A stretch of 64,000 nt of DNA from Octopus vulgaris (GCA_951406725.2 OX597814.1:112158001-112222000); one strand, 5' to 3'; shown: positions 14,096-27,624, counted from the first letter of the stretch. The notes: generated from the sequence alone by a model not told the origin. A program made the numbers and translations.

Positions 14096-14699
14096 ATAAA
14101 TAATTCTCGATCGGCACTTTGCGGATGATTAAGGTCCCTGTTAGTGTAGATGTTTACATATATGTACGTTGACAACAGTATTAGGGCATTTAGCTCTTAT
14201 TTCTAGCCATGTAGCAGTGTTTTCTAACACCCTAGTCACAATTAGTGACAATTATAAGATTGTCATGGGTGAAGAGCCTTTGCTTAAAGAGCTTTTCTGT
14301 GAGACTACGTGACTAAACAACCATATCGTTAGTGGTAATGACTAAAATATATTTTAAACGATAAAAATACTTGGTAATATATTTAGTTAATGCATGCCGC
14401 CATGTAATAAAATAAAGCTGACCATTCTAACTCGATCTGACAGGGAGAAGAAACTTATAGGTTCAGATTGAAAGGCAATATAATGAAATTTTTGGTTGGG
14501 ACTTTTATTTAAAGGATGCCGTAGTCATCTAGGCGGCATCTTAAGTCAGTTCATTGTCAACCAGTCAACAATATTTTACATTTATTTAGTGATAAGCTCA
14601 GCAACTATGGTGAAATCTGTGACTCCTTGATGAGGTCATATGACTGCAATATTTCGGAATTATCATGTCCAGTTAGCAATTTAATGTGCCTTATACAAA

Positions 14700-14975
14700 A
14701 TGCGTGGCCTAGTGGTTAGAGTGTTTGTGATTCTCATAATCTAGAGATCGTGGGTTCGATTCCTGGAGCAAAATATCTCATTTCACGTTGCTCCAGTCCA
14801 CTAGACTGTAAATGGGTGACTCTGTGATGGAAGAGTCGTCCAATCAGAGGGACTGTTGGCCTGCTTGCCTAGCCAGCAGGGTGGCATCATTCGAAAGCAA
14901 AAAACGATGCAAAAGCGCATTGTGACCAGCAATGTATAACAACATCCTATAGTCTCGTCGGTGACATGATCACGC
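14700..14975 (+). mobile_element. Degenerate tRNA-derived SINE, chimeric family D head with family C-like tail
   Basis: gtggcctagtggttagagtg...gggttcgattcctgga head; tttcacgttgctccagtccact; tail cattgtgaccagcaatgtataacaacatc...cacatgatcacgcgat-like. Confidence 0.7.
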
Positions 14976-15242
14976 GATGTTAAACATCAACATTAAATTA
15001 CTACTTATCTGTCGCATCATACATTAATTTCTATTTAGCTATTAAATACTCTTTACAGTAAATATGTCAACATTAACAAAAATTTCTCCCCACTTTGCGA
15101 GATTTTATTGCTTAATTTCATTATTGATTGTTATTGCTAAATATTATCTTTTTACACGACGTTGTTCTGAGCCCTATTTGTCCCTTGTGGTGCATTGTCC
15201 TCTATGTGGTTTGCGTTCGACCTTGTAGTCAATAAAGAAAAC

Positions 15243-15556
15243 ATTATTATTATTATTATCATCATCATCATCATCATCATCATTATTATCTTTATTATTA
15301 TTATTATTATTATTATTAGTTGTTGTTGTTGTTGTTGTTATTGTGATTATTATTATCATTATTATTATTATTATTATTATGATTATTATTATTATTGTGA
15401 TTATCATTATTATTATTATTATTGTTGTTGTTGTTGTTGTTGTTATTGTGATTATTATTATCATTATTATTATTATTATTATTATTGTGATTATTATTAT
15501 TATTATTGTGATTATTATTATTATTATTATTATTATTGTGATTATTATTATTATTA
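15243..15556. repeat. (ATT/TAA)n compound microsatellite
   Basis: Directly visible. Confidence 0.95.
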
Positions 15557-17188
15557 TATGTTTGACTTTTGCTTTATATTTGCACAAGTTGGCTCCAAGT
15601 CTCACCTGGAGACCTCAAGAGACAACAGGCTGGAAGTTCACGTTGTTGTTATGCCTAGTGTGCCATATATTTGGTTGTTATTTTGTGTTGTACTGATGGA
15701 TGTCTAAAAAATAAATAAATAAAATGTTTGTTTTAAACCTTGAGATTACATAGAAAGTATTTTGCGTAGGATATGAGCAGTTCCCATGAGCACTATCTTT
15801 TGAATTTCTGCTCTTTTGGGGTTTCCTGGTATCTGAGTTAAGTAGCAATCAGCCCCTTTCGCTATCATTCACAGGGCACCTATGACAACAGGTATTGTTT
15901 TAGTCTTCAGGTTCCACATTTTGCTGATTTCTATTTCAAGATCTTTATATTTGCTCAGTTTTTGGTAGGTCTTGACAGATACGTTTATATCGATTGGGAC
16001 AGTCATATCAATGAGGAGGCATGTTCTTTGTTTGAAGTCTTTCAATATGATGTCTGGCCTATTTGCATCTATCTTTCTGTCAGTTTGAATGGTGAAGTTC
16101 CAGAGGAGTGAGATATGGTCATTTTCAAGCACTGGGGGTGGTTTGTGTTCCCACCAGTTTTTTTCATGGGGCAAATCCAGGTTTTTGCAGATTACCCAGT
16201 GAATATATTGTGCAGCTCTATCGTGCCTGTTGAGATACTCTGTAGGCGCTAGAAGACTGCACTTGGAGACCACATGATCTATGGTTTCATTTTGTTGTCG
16301 GCATACACGACACGTTGGACTGCTGCTGATCTTTAATATGTTGGCCTGGTAGTTTCTTGTTGGTAGGCATTGATCTTGGGCTGCTATGATAAACCCCTCT
16401 GTTTCAGATTTTAAGCCAGAGGCCTTTAGCCATTGATGGGTCAGGGCTTTGTCAACATCTGCATTATTCGCTCTCTTTGGGTATTTGCCATAGAGAGGTT
16501 TTTCTTGCCATTTATCATTCAGAATATCTAAGGCCACAGATTTAGCACGGGTTTTCATGCGCTTAGCTTTTTCTGTGCCTGTTTCTTGTATGTCTATCTC
16601 TAATTCCGAAATTTGTTGTATTCGGAATTCACTTAGATATTCCTTTGCCTGTTTTGTTACTGAGTATGATGCTTTCTTGTTTTCATGTTTTGAGACAAGT
16701 TTTAACATCCAGTCCTCAGAGTTTTTCAGGTAGGTGTCTAGGCCAATTGTAGCAATCTTCATTGTTATTGCCAGTTGTAAAAGTCCACGGCCTCCCTCTT
16801 TTCTTGGCAGATAAAGTCGTTCTGTATCTGCCTTAGGGTGGTGCATTCTATGCATTGTCAACAGTTTTCGTATTTTTCTGTCAAGGTTACATATTTCAGT
16901 AATTGACCAGTTAACGATATTGTAACTGTAAGTCACGACTGGTATGGCTAATGCATTGATCGCTTCGATCCTGTTTCTCGCATTCAGCTCTGTCTTGAGT
17001 ATTGCTCTTACTCTGCGATAACATTCTCTCCTGATCCTTTCCTTCATCTCTGAATGCCTTATTCCGTCTCCTTCAATTACCCCTAGATACTTGTAGTTCT
17101 CCGCTGGGTCTAATTCTTTTATGACATTCTGCTGGTCAAGGTTAACGTTAGATGTTTCTATCATTTTTCCTTTGATAAAGGTAGCTTT
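15557..17188 (-). mobile_element. 5'-truncated R4/Dong-type non-LTR retrotransposon: RT thumb, CCHC knuckle, restriction-like endonuclease and 3' UTR
   Basis: YKYLGV; CRVC...ETIDHVVSKC...YLNRHD; ANRPDII...LIDM...KLSKYKDL; IPVVIGAL. A single TGA at 15869-71 replaces Gly and the frame continues ...GTAHILRKILSM* to 15746. TAA repeats on both flanks. Confidence 0.92.
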
Positions 17189-17201
17189 ATTATTATTATC
17201 A

Positions 17202-17622
17202 TTGTCATTTACTTTTAATCTGCATGTTTGATGCAATCACTTGCCGGGGCACACCCAGCGCCCTAGGGCAAGTGAAGGTTAAGAGTTGTTGAAATATAGC
17301 TGAAAGCTTGGGGAGGGGAAGTAGAGAAATATCTCCATGTAATACAAACACAAACATTTACATTGATAGGGTTTTTCTAAGGATGTGGGCAGTACTTGTT
17401 AGCACAATCTTTTGGATTTCTTTGAGACATAGTTCTCCAGGGATATTGTCTAAGTGTTTCTGACATCTCTTTTTTATCATACCTAGGGCACCTACAATAA
17501 CAGGAACAGTTTTTGTTTTAAGATACCACATCTTTTGTATTTCGATTTCCAGGTCCTTATATTTACTAAGTTTGTCATATTGTATTTCGATTTCCAGGTC
17601 CTTATATTTACTAAGTTTGTCA
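17202..17622 (-). mobile_element. Second R4/Dong-type 3' fragment, different subfamily
   Basis: KLSKYKDLEIEIQKMWYLKTKTVPVIVGALGMIKK...TAHILRKTLSM*. Lies between TAA tracts. Confidence 0.85.
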
Positions 17623-17623
17623 A

Positions 17624-17625
<2 letters not shown>

Positions 17626-17657
<32 letters not shown>

Positions 17658-17660
17658 GTG

Positions 17661-17702
<42 letters not shown>

Positions 17703-17705
17703 GCG

Positions 17706-17753
<48 letters not shown>

Positions 17754-17775
17754 GCGATTATTATTATTATTATTA

Positions 17776-17806
<31 letters not shown>
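17626..17806. repeat. (ATT)n microsatellite followed by a SINE family B fragment (about 17808-17925)
   Basis: Directly visible. Confidence 0.9.
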
Positions 17807-17808
<2 letters not shown>

Positions 17809-18511
17809 GCTGACAGAATCGTTAGCAGGCTGGGTGAAATGCTTTAGCGGTATTTCGTCCGTTTTTACGTTCTGAGTTCAAATTCCGCCGAGGTCGACTT
17901 TGCCTTTCATCGTTTCGGGGTCGACTATCCCCCTCTACTACTACAACTACTACTACTATTCCCCCCTCCTACTACTACAGCAACCGTTACTAATCCTCCT
18001 CCTCCGTTAGTACTCCCCCACCTACTGCTGCTGCTGCTGCTTGTTGGTTTCCTTGGTCAGAGAATTGAGAGCGAGAAATATATATGATGAGTGTAATTAT
18101 TTCGAAACAACATGGCGATGACAGCAAAAGAAAGAAAAAACATTTTTATGATTAATTTCTCTGTAGTTTATGACTTCCATCATTAAAATTGCATTAGTCT
18201 CAAACAAATTTTGCAGGTGCTGAGAGGCTGAGATGTATACACACGCATGTATATGCACACACACACAGACGTATGTATATGTGTTATATGTATGTATACA
18301 TACACATACATGAATGTATATATAAATACACACACATATACATATACATACTTACACGCATATACATATACATATATATATACATATATGTATATATATA
18401 TATATATATATATACATATTATATATGTGTATATGTATATATATATATATATATATATACATATTATATATGTGTATATGTATATATATATATATACATA
18501 TTATATATGTG

Positions 18512-18556
<45 letters not shown>

Positions 18557-18566
18557 TATATATGTG

Positions 18567-18607
<41 letters not shown>

Positions 18608-18957
18608 TATATATATACATATTATATATGTGTATATGTATATATATATATATATATACATACATATGGATGGATCGCTAGGTAAGTTGGCAAGTGGATG
18701 AGTGCGAGGTAATTGTAAAGTAACAGATGCAGAAAGGTGAGAGGGAGTGCAGCGAGGATATACATATACATATATATATATATACACACATATATATATA
18801 TACATATATATACATATATATTTAGAGAGAGAGAGAGAGAGAAGGGAGAGAGAGCAGGAGACAGAACCAGCGAGCGAAACAAAGACAGCAGAAGAAAATG
18901 TATGTATATACAGAAATAAAATGTGGGAGCAAAAGAGAGGTAAAGCGGTTTATTTCA

Positions 18958-19037
<80 letters not shown>

Positions 19038-19202
19038 CATATCAAAATATATAAAAGATATTGTAAACCATAATGATACTACTAATATTATATTCGATGA
19101 CAAATTGAGCAAAAAGGAATGTTGAATTTTATCAAATTATATAAATAAATACTTATTCACTTTTCCTTCTTAAACAATATTTGACAAATCTGTGAATTAA
19201 GT

Positions 19203-19237
<35 letters not shown>

Positions 19238-19243
<6 letters not shown>

Positions 19244-19366
19244 TATATAGAAGGAGCTTCTACAGGACTAGAACTGTTTCATTCAAGAGAAATCTTCAGG
19301 AAGCCTGAAGATTTCTCTTGAATGAAACAGTTCTAGTCCTGTAGAAGCTCCTTCTATATAATAAAT
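19238..19366. repeat. Perfect 63-bp inverted repeat with a 3-nt spacer
   Basis: 19238-19300 is the exact reverse complement of 19304-19366; spacer aag. Confidence 0.95.
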
Positions 19367-19435
19367 TAATTTTACTCTACTATGTATTGAGTACCTTATT
19401 TACTGTGGTTAACCCCGAATCAACCCGGGACCTAC

Positions 19436-20156
<721 letters not shown>

Positions 20157-20569
20157 TACATACATACATACTTACATACATACATACGCGCATATATATT
20201 TATATATATATAACAAAGTGAAAGTGCAAGGTACCACAATATTTATATATATATGCGTATACAACCATAAGCTTATAAGGGAGTATAAATATATTTATAT
20301 AACGTTACAAGTGTATTTTTTCTGTATGTATACATACACACCCGTTTCTATGTTCATATCTGTGTGTGTTGCACCCAGTACAATTCTGGAATCCGTTACA
20401 AAAAAACAAACCCCGCACGCACTGCCAGACAACAACTAGAACACCGAAGAACTGCGTCTCTTCACAGTAATCTCACTCGTCTAAGATGCTGAGGATCAAG
20501 TACAAGCCGAAGAAGGCCGACAGACTTTTGCTATATTTTTTTTTTCTTCGAGAGGTGTGGATATCCTCT

Positions 20570-21260
20570 CAAATATATAATTGTAAAAGTTCTTTTAATT
20601 GTGGCTTGGATACCGTTTATCGAAATCAATGCTATGCAAACCAACTATCTTCTTTTCGGCACATCGACAAAAGGAAAGCTACTAAGCTGGCTCGCCACGT
20701 ATGGGGTTTGAAAACCAACTGCACATCACATACAGTCGCCTAGAGAATCGTAGAGAAATTTATGCAATATGTAAATGGATCTGAGAAATGCAACTTGTGC
20801 GTAGCTGAAAGGTCGCACAATCTTTTTAAAATTAAGCAAACCCACCGCCTTATTTAATTCCAGATCCGAGATTTTCAGCAGATGCAAATACATGGACAAA
20901 TTTCTTTTGACCTACAGGTGGACATCCCCCTCTCCGGATTCAGCAGTTGTCTCGCAGGCTTTGGCCCCATATCCGTTGAATCATTCTATAGTTAGGTCTT
21001 GTACGGTAAATGGGGATGTCACTCTAATTTTCTTTCTTTAATTTCTTTTTCGGATTTTACTCCCTCTTCTAACCTTTGAATCTACCTTCTCGTTTTTTCT
21101 CTCAATTTCTCATATGCCAGCGCCGAGCTCTTCAAATAGAATACACCATGAACTCAGATTCTGTAGATTGCTGGTAGACACAAGGCGTGATATGAACAAA
21201 TCTGCTAAGGAACGCATCTCTAAAACAAGAAACTATTCGCTACTCAGAGTTTCTCTTTAC
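20570..21260 (+). mobile_element. Decayed Penelope-like element: GIY-YIG endonuclease C-terminus (Neptune-like) and 3' region
   Basis: Reads YANQLSSFRHIDKRKATKLARHVWGLK...A*RIVEK..YVNGSEKCNLCVAER and, after a frameshift, LFNSRSEIFSRCKYMDKFLL. This matches the PLE pattern H..SFRH...T.LS.H.W.LK...C.LC..EK...LN.RSE..S.CRH..K.LL. Confidence 0.8.
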
Positions 21261-21414
21261 TAAGTCATCTCACTAGGCTTAAGTCGGCCCGAGGCTATAG
21301 AAGAAGAAACTTGCCCAAGGGTGTCACGCAGTGGGACTAACACCCTTAGGCAAGTGTCTACAACATGCATACATACACAAATACGCAGACATACACGCAC
21401 ACACACATATATGT

Positions 21415-21770
21415 ACATGTGTGCATGTGTGAGTGTACGTGTGCTTGTGTATGTATGTATGTGTATGAGTGTGTGGGTGTGCGTGAGTATGTATGTGTGT
21501 ATGTGTGTTTGTGGGTATGTGTGTATGTGTGGGTGTGTTTGTGTACGTGTGTGTGTGTGTGGGTGTATGTATGTGTGTGTATGAGTGAGTGGGTGTGTGC
21601 CAGTATGTATGTGTGTATGCGTGTTTGTGGGTATGTGTGTATGTGTGTTTGTATGTGTGTGTGCAGGTGTGTATGTATGCGTGTATGTGTGTGGGTTGGG
21701 TGTGTTTGTGTACGTGTGTGTGTATGTGTGTATATGTGGGTGTGATTGTGTGTGTGTGTATGTGTAGGTG
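21415..21770. repeat. Degenerate (TG)n/(TGTA)n low-complexity tract
   Basis: Directly visible. Confidence 0.9.
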
Positions 21771-22116
21771 GGGTGCATGGGTATGTAATTATTGTACGTT
21801 CTGTTATGCTCTATAATTCCATGTAATTGTCTCCTGCCATAAATTCCCAAACTCGTCCCCTTAATTTTTGTATGAAACTCTCCCTGCTCCTCTCATTCTC
21901 GATCACCTTGTCTGTCACACCACGTATTTATAAGTCCCCTGTTAAGTGTGCATTGTATTATATTGTACATCTTCAAGACTTCGTGACAAATGAAGAAAAT
22001 ATTATGATTGTTGTTGTTCAAATCTTTCATCTTTTTGGTGTTGATAAAATAAAGTACCAGCCAAGTACCTGAGTCGACTTCAAATTTGTTAATCTTGGGC
22101 GTGAATGAGGAACCAC

Positions 22117-22168
<52 letters not shown>

Positions 22169-22725
22169 GAATGAGAGAGCAGTGCATGCCATCAAAGTGA
22201 CACTGGGGTAAAATATACGAAGCCCAGTATACCCATCATGACTGCCCATCTGATAAGGGTACACTAGGCAAATGCATCACAACCATATGTGCACGACATG
22301 GTGATCTCATATCAAGATAAACAGCAAATGACCTTGCAGGTGGGGCCCAGTTAGAATTTTATTCTTGTCGAGTAACCCATCCCGCTCAAAAGTTCCCTGA
22401 ATAAGGGTTGTTTAAGGATGTTGAACGAACCACACATGTTTCCAAAGGTGAATTATTCAAACCCTAAAGAACCCCTCTCAACACATGGCTATGATGCTCT
22501 CCCACTACTTCTGCTTGTGATTAGAGATGCACATATCGTCAGCCAGTAAGGGACATGCTCAACTGGTTTGAGATCAAACAACTGACAAACAAATCTGTGG
22601 TATTGAGCAGAATATTTGCTGTAGCCCATCTTTTATACCAAGACAAAACTATGTACATGATAACACTTCCAATCAGTTAAGATCAGAAGCCACGAGAGCC
22701 TCTGCCTGGTACTGCATCAGAGCAT
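22169..22725 (-). mobile_element. About 550-bp non-coding interspersed element (family T) inserted in (TAA)n
   Basis: Homologous to 32905-33405, 36571-37080, 38135-38390 and 49560-49683. Bounded by (ATT)n on both sides; no convincing ORF. Strand is assigned from the TAA orientation only. Confidence 0.85.
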
Positions 22726-22726
22726 C

Positions 22727-22771
<45 letters not shown>

Positions 22772-23449
22772 CATTATTATTAATAATAATCAAATTCAAT
22801 TTGCACAGGTAACCTGAATACGTCCATAAAGTGAAGTTTTCTCATCGCTTAATTGTATATCACGCATATTGCTGATGCAGATCTCACCTATTGATTCCAT
22901 TTAAATACTATATTTTATCGATCTACATGCCAGTTTCCATGTAGCACTACATGTAGCAACTACATGAACAGCAAGGAAAGAAAAACATCAGTTGTAGTTT
23001 CAATTAAACAGACGACAAAATATTCCAACAACCTTTAGTTCCACATTGTGTTTACATACAGGAAACGTTGTTCTATTATGTATATACCATAACATAAACA
23101 CAACCGAAAACTACATACATTATATATATATTACACACATACATACATATATACATACAGCCATATACGCGCGCTTGTGTGTATATATATACATTCACAT
23201 ATACGTTTATATTAAAATATTATATTAGTGTAGTGTATTTTTTTATTTTTATTAATGTATATGCTTGTGTATATTTGTATGTATGTATATGTATAGTTTT
23301 ATATGTTTGTGTGCGCATGTGTAAATACAAACACATAGTTATATAGTTACATATGTTAATGCATGTATACAAACATAAATTTAGAGATGTATGATTTATG
23401 TATGTATGTGTGTGTGTATATATATATATATATTTCTTATTGCTATATA

Positions 23450-23508
<59 letters not shown>

Positions 23509-24164
23509 CAATAAGAAAATGTAGAACAATAGGTGGTTCATCAACTTTTGGACATTAGAATGTTAACTTATTTATTTATTAAACTGATAATTATAATAGC
23601 ATACATACGCATAGCATATTATTCTTTACATATAAGATATAAGATATAAAATATAGTAATATAGTAATATAATGATACCAGTAATTATCATAATAAACAT
23701 GAATATAAATTGGCATATATATATATATATATATACTATATATATATAATGGGAAAATTGTACAAAATCTATAAATGGATGATGAGTAAAGCACCGGTAC
23801 ACAGATATATAAAGCTATACATATACATTAATAAAAAAAAAAAAAAAAATACACTAATATAATATATACACGCATACACACACATGGATATTTGTGTTTG
23901 TGTGTATTAATTGTACATTACTCTCATTAATCGTAAATTGTTTGCCCGCTGGTTCACCAAGCAATTACACAAATGAGCGAATGCAATGCACAACACTATA
24001 CAATCTCATCCACAAAAAAAATAGAAGGAGGAAAACATTTGTAGACAATGCATTCATAGTGTACGAAATTTCTCACACACACGGCAATTGATAATGGAGC
24101 AATACTAATACAACACAGTACAATACTAAAATATATACATCCATAAAATTCACAAATCTCAAAG

Positions 24165-24225
<61 letters not shown>

Positions 24226-24266
24226 TATATGCATATATATACATATATATATATAAACATATATGC

Positions 24267-24303
<37 letters not shown>

Positions 24304-24380
24304 CATAATATCCATACATATATATACGTACGTATATATATATATATATATATAAGAGAGAGAGAGAGACATATATGCAT

Positions 24381-24437
<57 letters not shown>

Positions 24438-24440
<3 letters not shown>

Positions 24441-27400
24441 AAAACTGCCGGTCTACCCACCCGACACTCCGCCAAAACTACAGGGGCCTTAAAGAGAAAA
24501 ACTTCCCTGAGGAAAGACAACAAATATCTCTAAGGAAAAAAATTACAAAAGAAGTGCGCTCTTCAGTGGTGCACAACGCAGCAGTTGAGCAAAGTCTTTT
24601 TTGTGCATGTCGGAAAGGATTGTCCAGCAGCTGACCTGGCTACACCAAGCACAAACAAGGAACCTTGCCCACCACTTCGCAAGACCACTACAGTCAACAG
24701 ACACGGGATGGCCTGCACAGTCGTCACGCCAATATTTTTACTAAATATTGGGGGCCTGTTGCATCATAATAAGAGCAAAATTTCTTTCCAGTGAGATCTT
24801 GCTGCATGCAATCAAGCCCTATGCATAGCACTCGTGGAAACTCACCTCAGCCCTGATATAGGATGCAGAAGTACACGTACCAAAATATGCCTTACTGCCA
24901 ACAGACAGAAAGGAAAGGAGCCATGGTGGAGTTGCTGTATACCTCCATGAGGCCCTCACACTCCGATCTTACTGTCATACTCAAATTAGGTATGTGACAC
25001 TCTAATTGTATAATAAGCAATAGGTATTGTATATAGTCATATACAATACCTATTGCCCACCGGATGCTCCAAACCACATAGGCAAGTTTAAAGTTTGTCT
25101 CACAAGAATTAAAGAAATCCTCATGAAACTGGAACACCACGTGACAATATTTCTTATGGGTAATTTCAACTTCCCCAACGTCAAATGGCCCGAAGTAGAG
25201 TCCTTGCTCAACCTCATCAATGCCCTATTCATGGAGTAAGCTGTACTCAGACCAACTAGGGCGAATAACATAATGGATCTCTGCTTCACGAACAATATGG
25301 ACATCATTAGTCTCGGATCACAATATAATAGAGCTGTCTGTGTTTGGGCCGAAAGTAACCAGAGACATGCAGCCTAAAGGAAGCACCCGAAATCTCTCCA
25401 ATCTGAACTTCCATAAAGCAGTCTGGAAATCGATCCAAAAAAGAGATCCTCAGAGAGGACTGGCCGAAATGTCTCTCCACACTAGACATAGACATGAAAC
25501 TAGAATGTTTCATGTCTGTTTTGCAAGCCATATGCCAGAAATATGTCCCAGAACACTAGGCCAAAACAAATAGGAACAAGATTTCAAGGGAGAGGAAGAT
25601 CCTCGTGAGATGACGGACAAATTTTGCAAATCGCCTCAACCAATATCCCAATAGGTCCCGCCTAAAAACAACATTGATGGAGATTGAAAAAAAAGGCTGC
25701 AACAATCCTATATGAGGGAGAAAGCAAACAAAGAAGCCTGGGTTATAAAAACATTAAGTCAAGCCTAAAGGCCTTCTTTCATGACGCGAAAGAAACCGCC
25801 TCAGTACGCTGCAAGATAGGACCCCTCTTCCAAAAGGATGGCTTCCTCATAGACAGTCCAACTAGGATCAGTGAGGTACAGAATGAACAGTTCAAAAGTG
25901 TCTTTACTACCCCGTTGGAACACAGACAAGTAAACGAACCAGTGGACTTCTTTGCCGCCTCACCTATAACCAGTGAGACGGTTACAATAGAATGTATTGA
26001 CATTAGCGAAAAAGACGTCCTACTAGCTATAGATGAAGTGGACACAAACTCAGCTGCTGGTCCAGATGGTTTCTCAGCCATCCTCTTGAAAGCGTGTAAG
26101 CATGCCCTGGCAACCCCCACCCCAAGATTCTCTTCCAGAGCTTTCTGGCGAATGGCAAACTGCCAAGCAAGCTGAAGGAAGGAATAATATGCCCAATACA
26201 TAAAGGGGCAAGTAGAGCAGATGCCAAAAACTATAGGCCTATCTCTCTGACTTCACACATCAGCAAAGTCATGGAACGGATAATCAGAAAGAAACTAATC
26301 GCATTCCTTGAGGAAAATAACTTGCTGAGTGATACCCAGCATGGCTTTCGACATTATGACTAGGTGTTGAGGCATTTACTCCACAACTCAAATGTGGACG
26401 TAATATACCTTGATTTTGCAAAAGCTTTTGATAAGGTGGATCATGGTATGATATGCCACAAACTGCGTGATCTCGGCATAGCTGGAAAACGTGGAGAGTG
26501 GTTACATGACTTTATGAAAGATAGGAGTCAGGCAGTAGTGGCTAACGGAGCCACCTCTATGAACACACAAATAGTGAGCGGTGTTCCACAGGGCACTGTC
26601 TTGGGACCACTGCTTTTTATAGTGGCCCTCTCAGATGTGCCCTCAAATGCCCAGATAGCCATCCTTGCAAGCTACGCAGGCGATACGAAAGTCTCGCAGA
26701 AAATGCAGAACCCCAGCGATGTTGCACATATGCAGCAGGAATTGGATAATGATATGCAGTTTAATGCTGAAAAATTCCAAGCCCTGCGCTACCAGCATTC
26801 AAAACTGAATATGAAACTTACAGGGTACACTGGTCCACAGGGAATTTCAATACCAGAGCCTAAATCAGTGAGGGACCTGGGTATCGACATGAGTGATGAT
26901 ACCTTTTTCCAAGTGCACATTACCAGGATGGCGACAAAGTGCAGACGACTGGTTGGATGGATCCTGAGAACATTCAGAACCAGAGATAAGGAAACCATGA
27001 TGGACCTCTGGAGGACATTCGTCCTCAGCTGCCTGGATTACTGCTCACAGCTATGGTCACCCACCAGTCTCAAATTAACAGCGGACCTTGAAGCAATCCA
27101 GAGAAGATTCACAAAGAAGATCGTCTCTTTGCAACTGCTCAACTACTGGGAAAGGCTGAAACAGCTAAGACTCTACCCCCTAGAGAGAAGGCGGGAGAGG
27201 TATGTAGTAATATACATCTGGAAGATTCTGGAAGGAATTGTGCCAAATTTTGCCATTGAAAGCTACACCAGTGCCAGAATGGTACGACATTGCATAGTGC
27301 CAAGATCCTCGCAACGCCATCGCGCTTCAGGACCAGTTACTGCAACAGCCTGGGTTTCAGAGGCCCACAGCTTTTTAATATTCTCCCAAAGAGCTTGAGG

Positions 27401-27619
27401 AACCTGCACAAAGTAGATGTAGGCGTTTTAAATCAAAGCTGGACCTCTTCTTCTCGAGAGTCCCAGATGAAACTACCTCACGGCAAGAGGTACAAATGAG
27501 GGTATATCAAATTCCATTCTCCACCAAGTGCCACATATTGGAGGAGGCTGTCAGTAATAACAGTGTTGTAAAACGACGGTGCATCAGCATGGCCACAGCT
27601 CTGAGCTGAAACTATAGAA

Positions 27620-27624
<5 letters not shown>
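24438..27624 (+). mobile_element. Decayed CR1-clade LINE (APE endonuclease and reverse transcriptase) with stops and frameshifts
   Basis: APE remnants (LLNIGGL, IALVETHL, LMGNFNFP..W). RT motifs SAAGPDG, NYRPISLTSH, DVIYLDFAKAFDKVDH, SGVPQGTVLGPLLF, YAGDTK (from YADD), VRDLG, LDYCSQLWSP, LERRRERY. (TA)n on both flanks. Confidence 0.93.
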
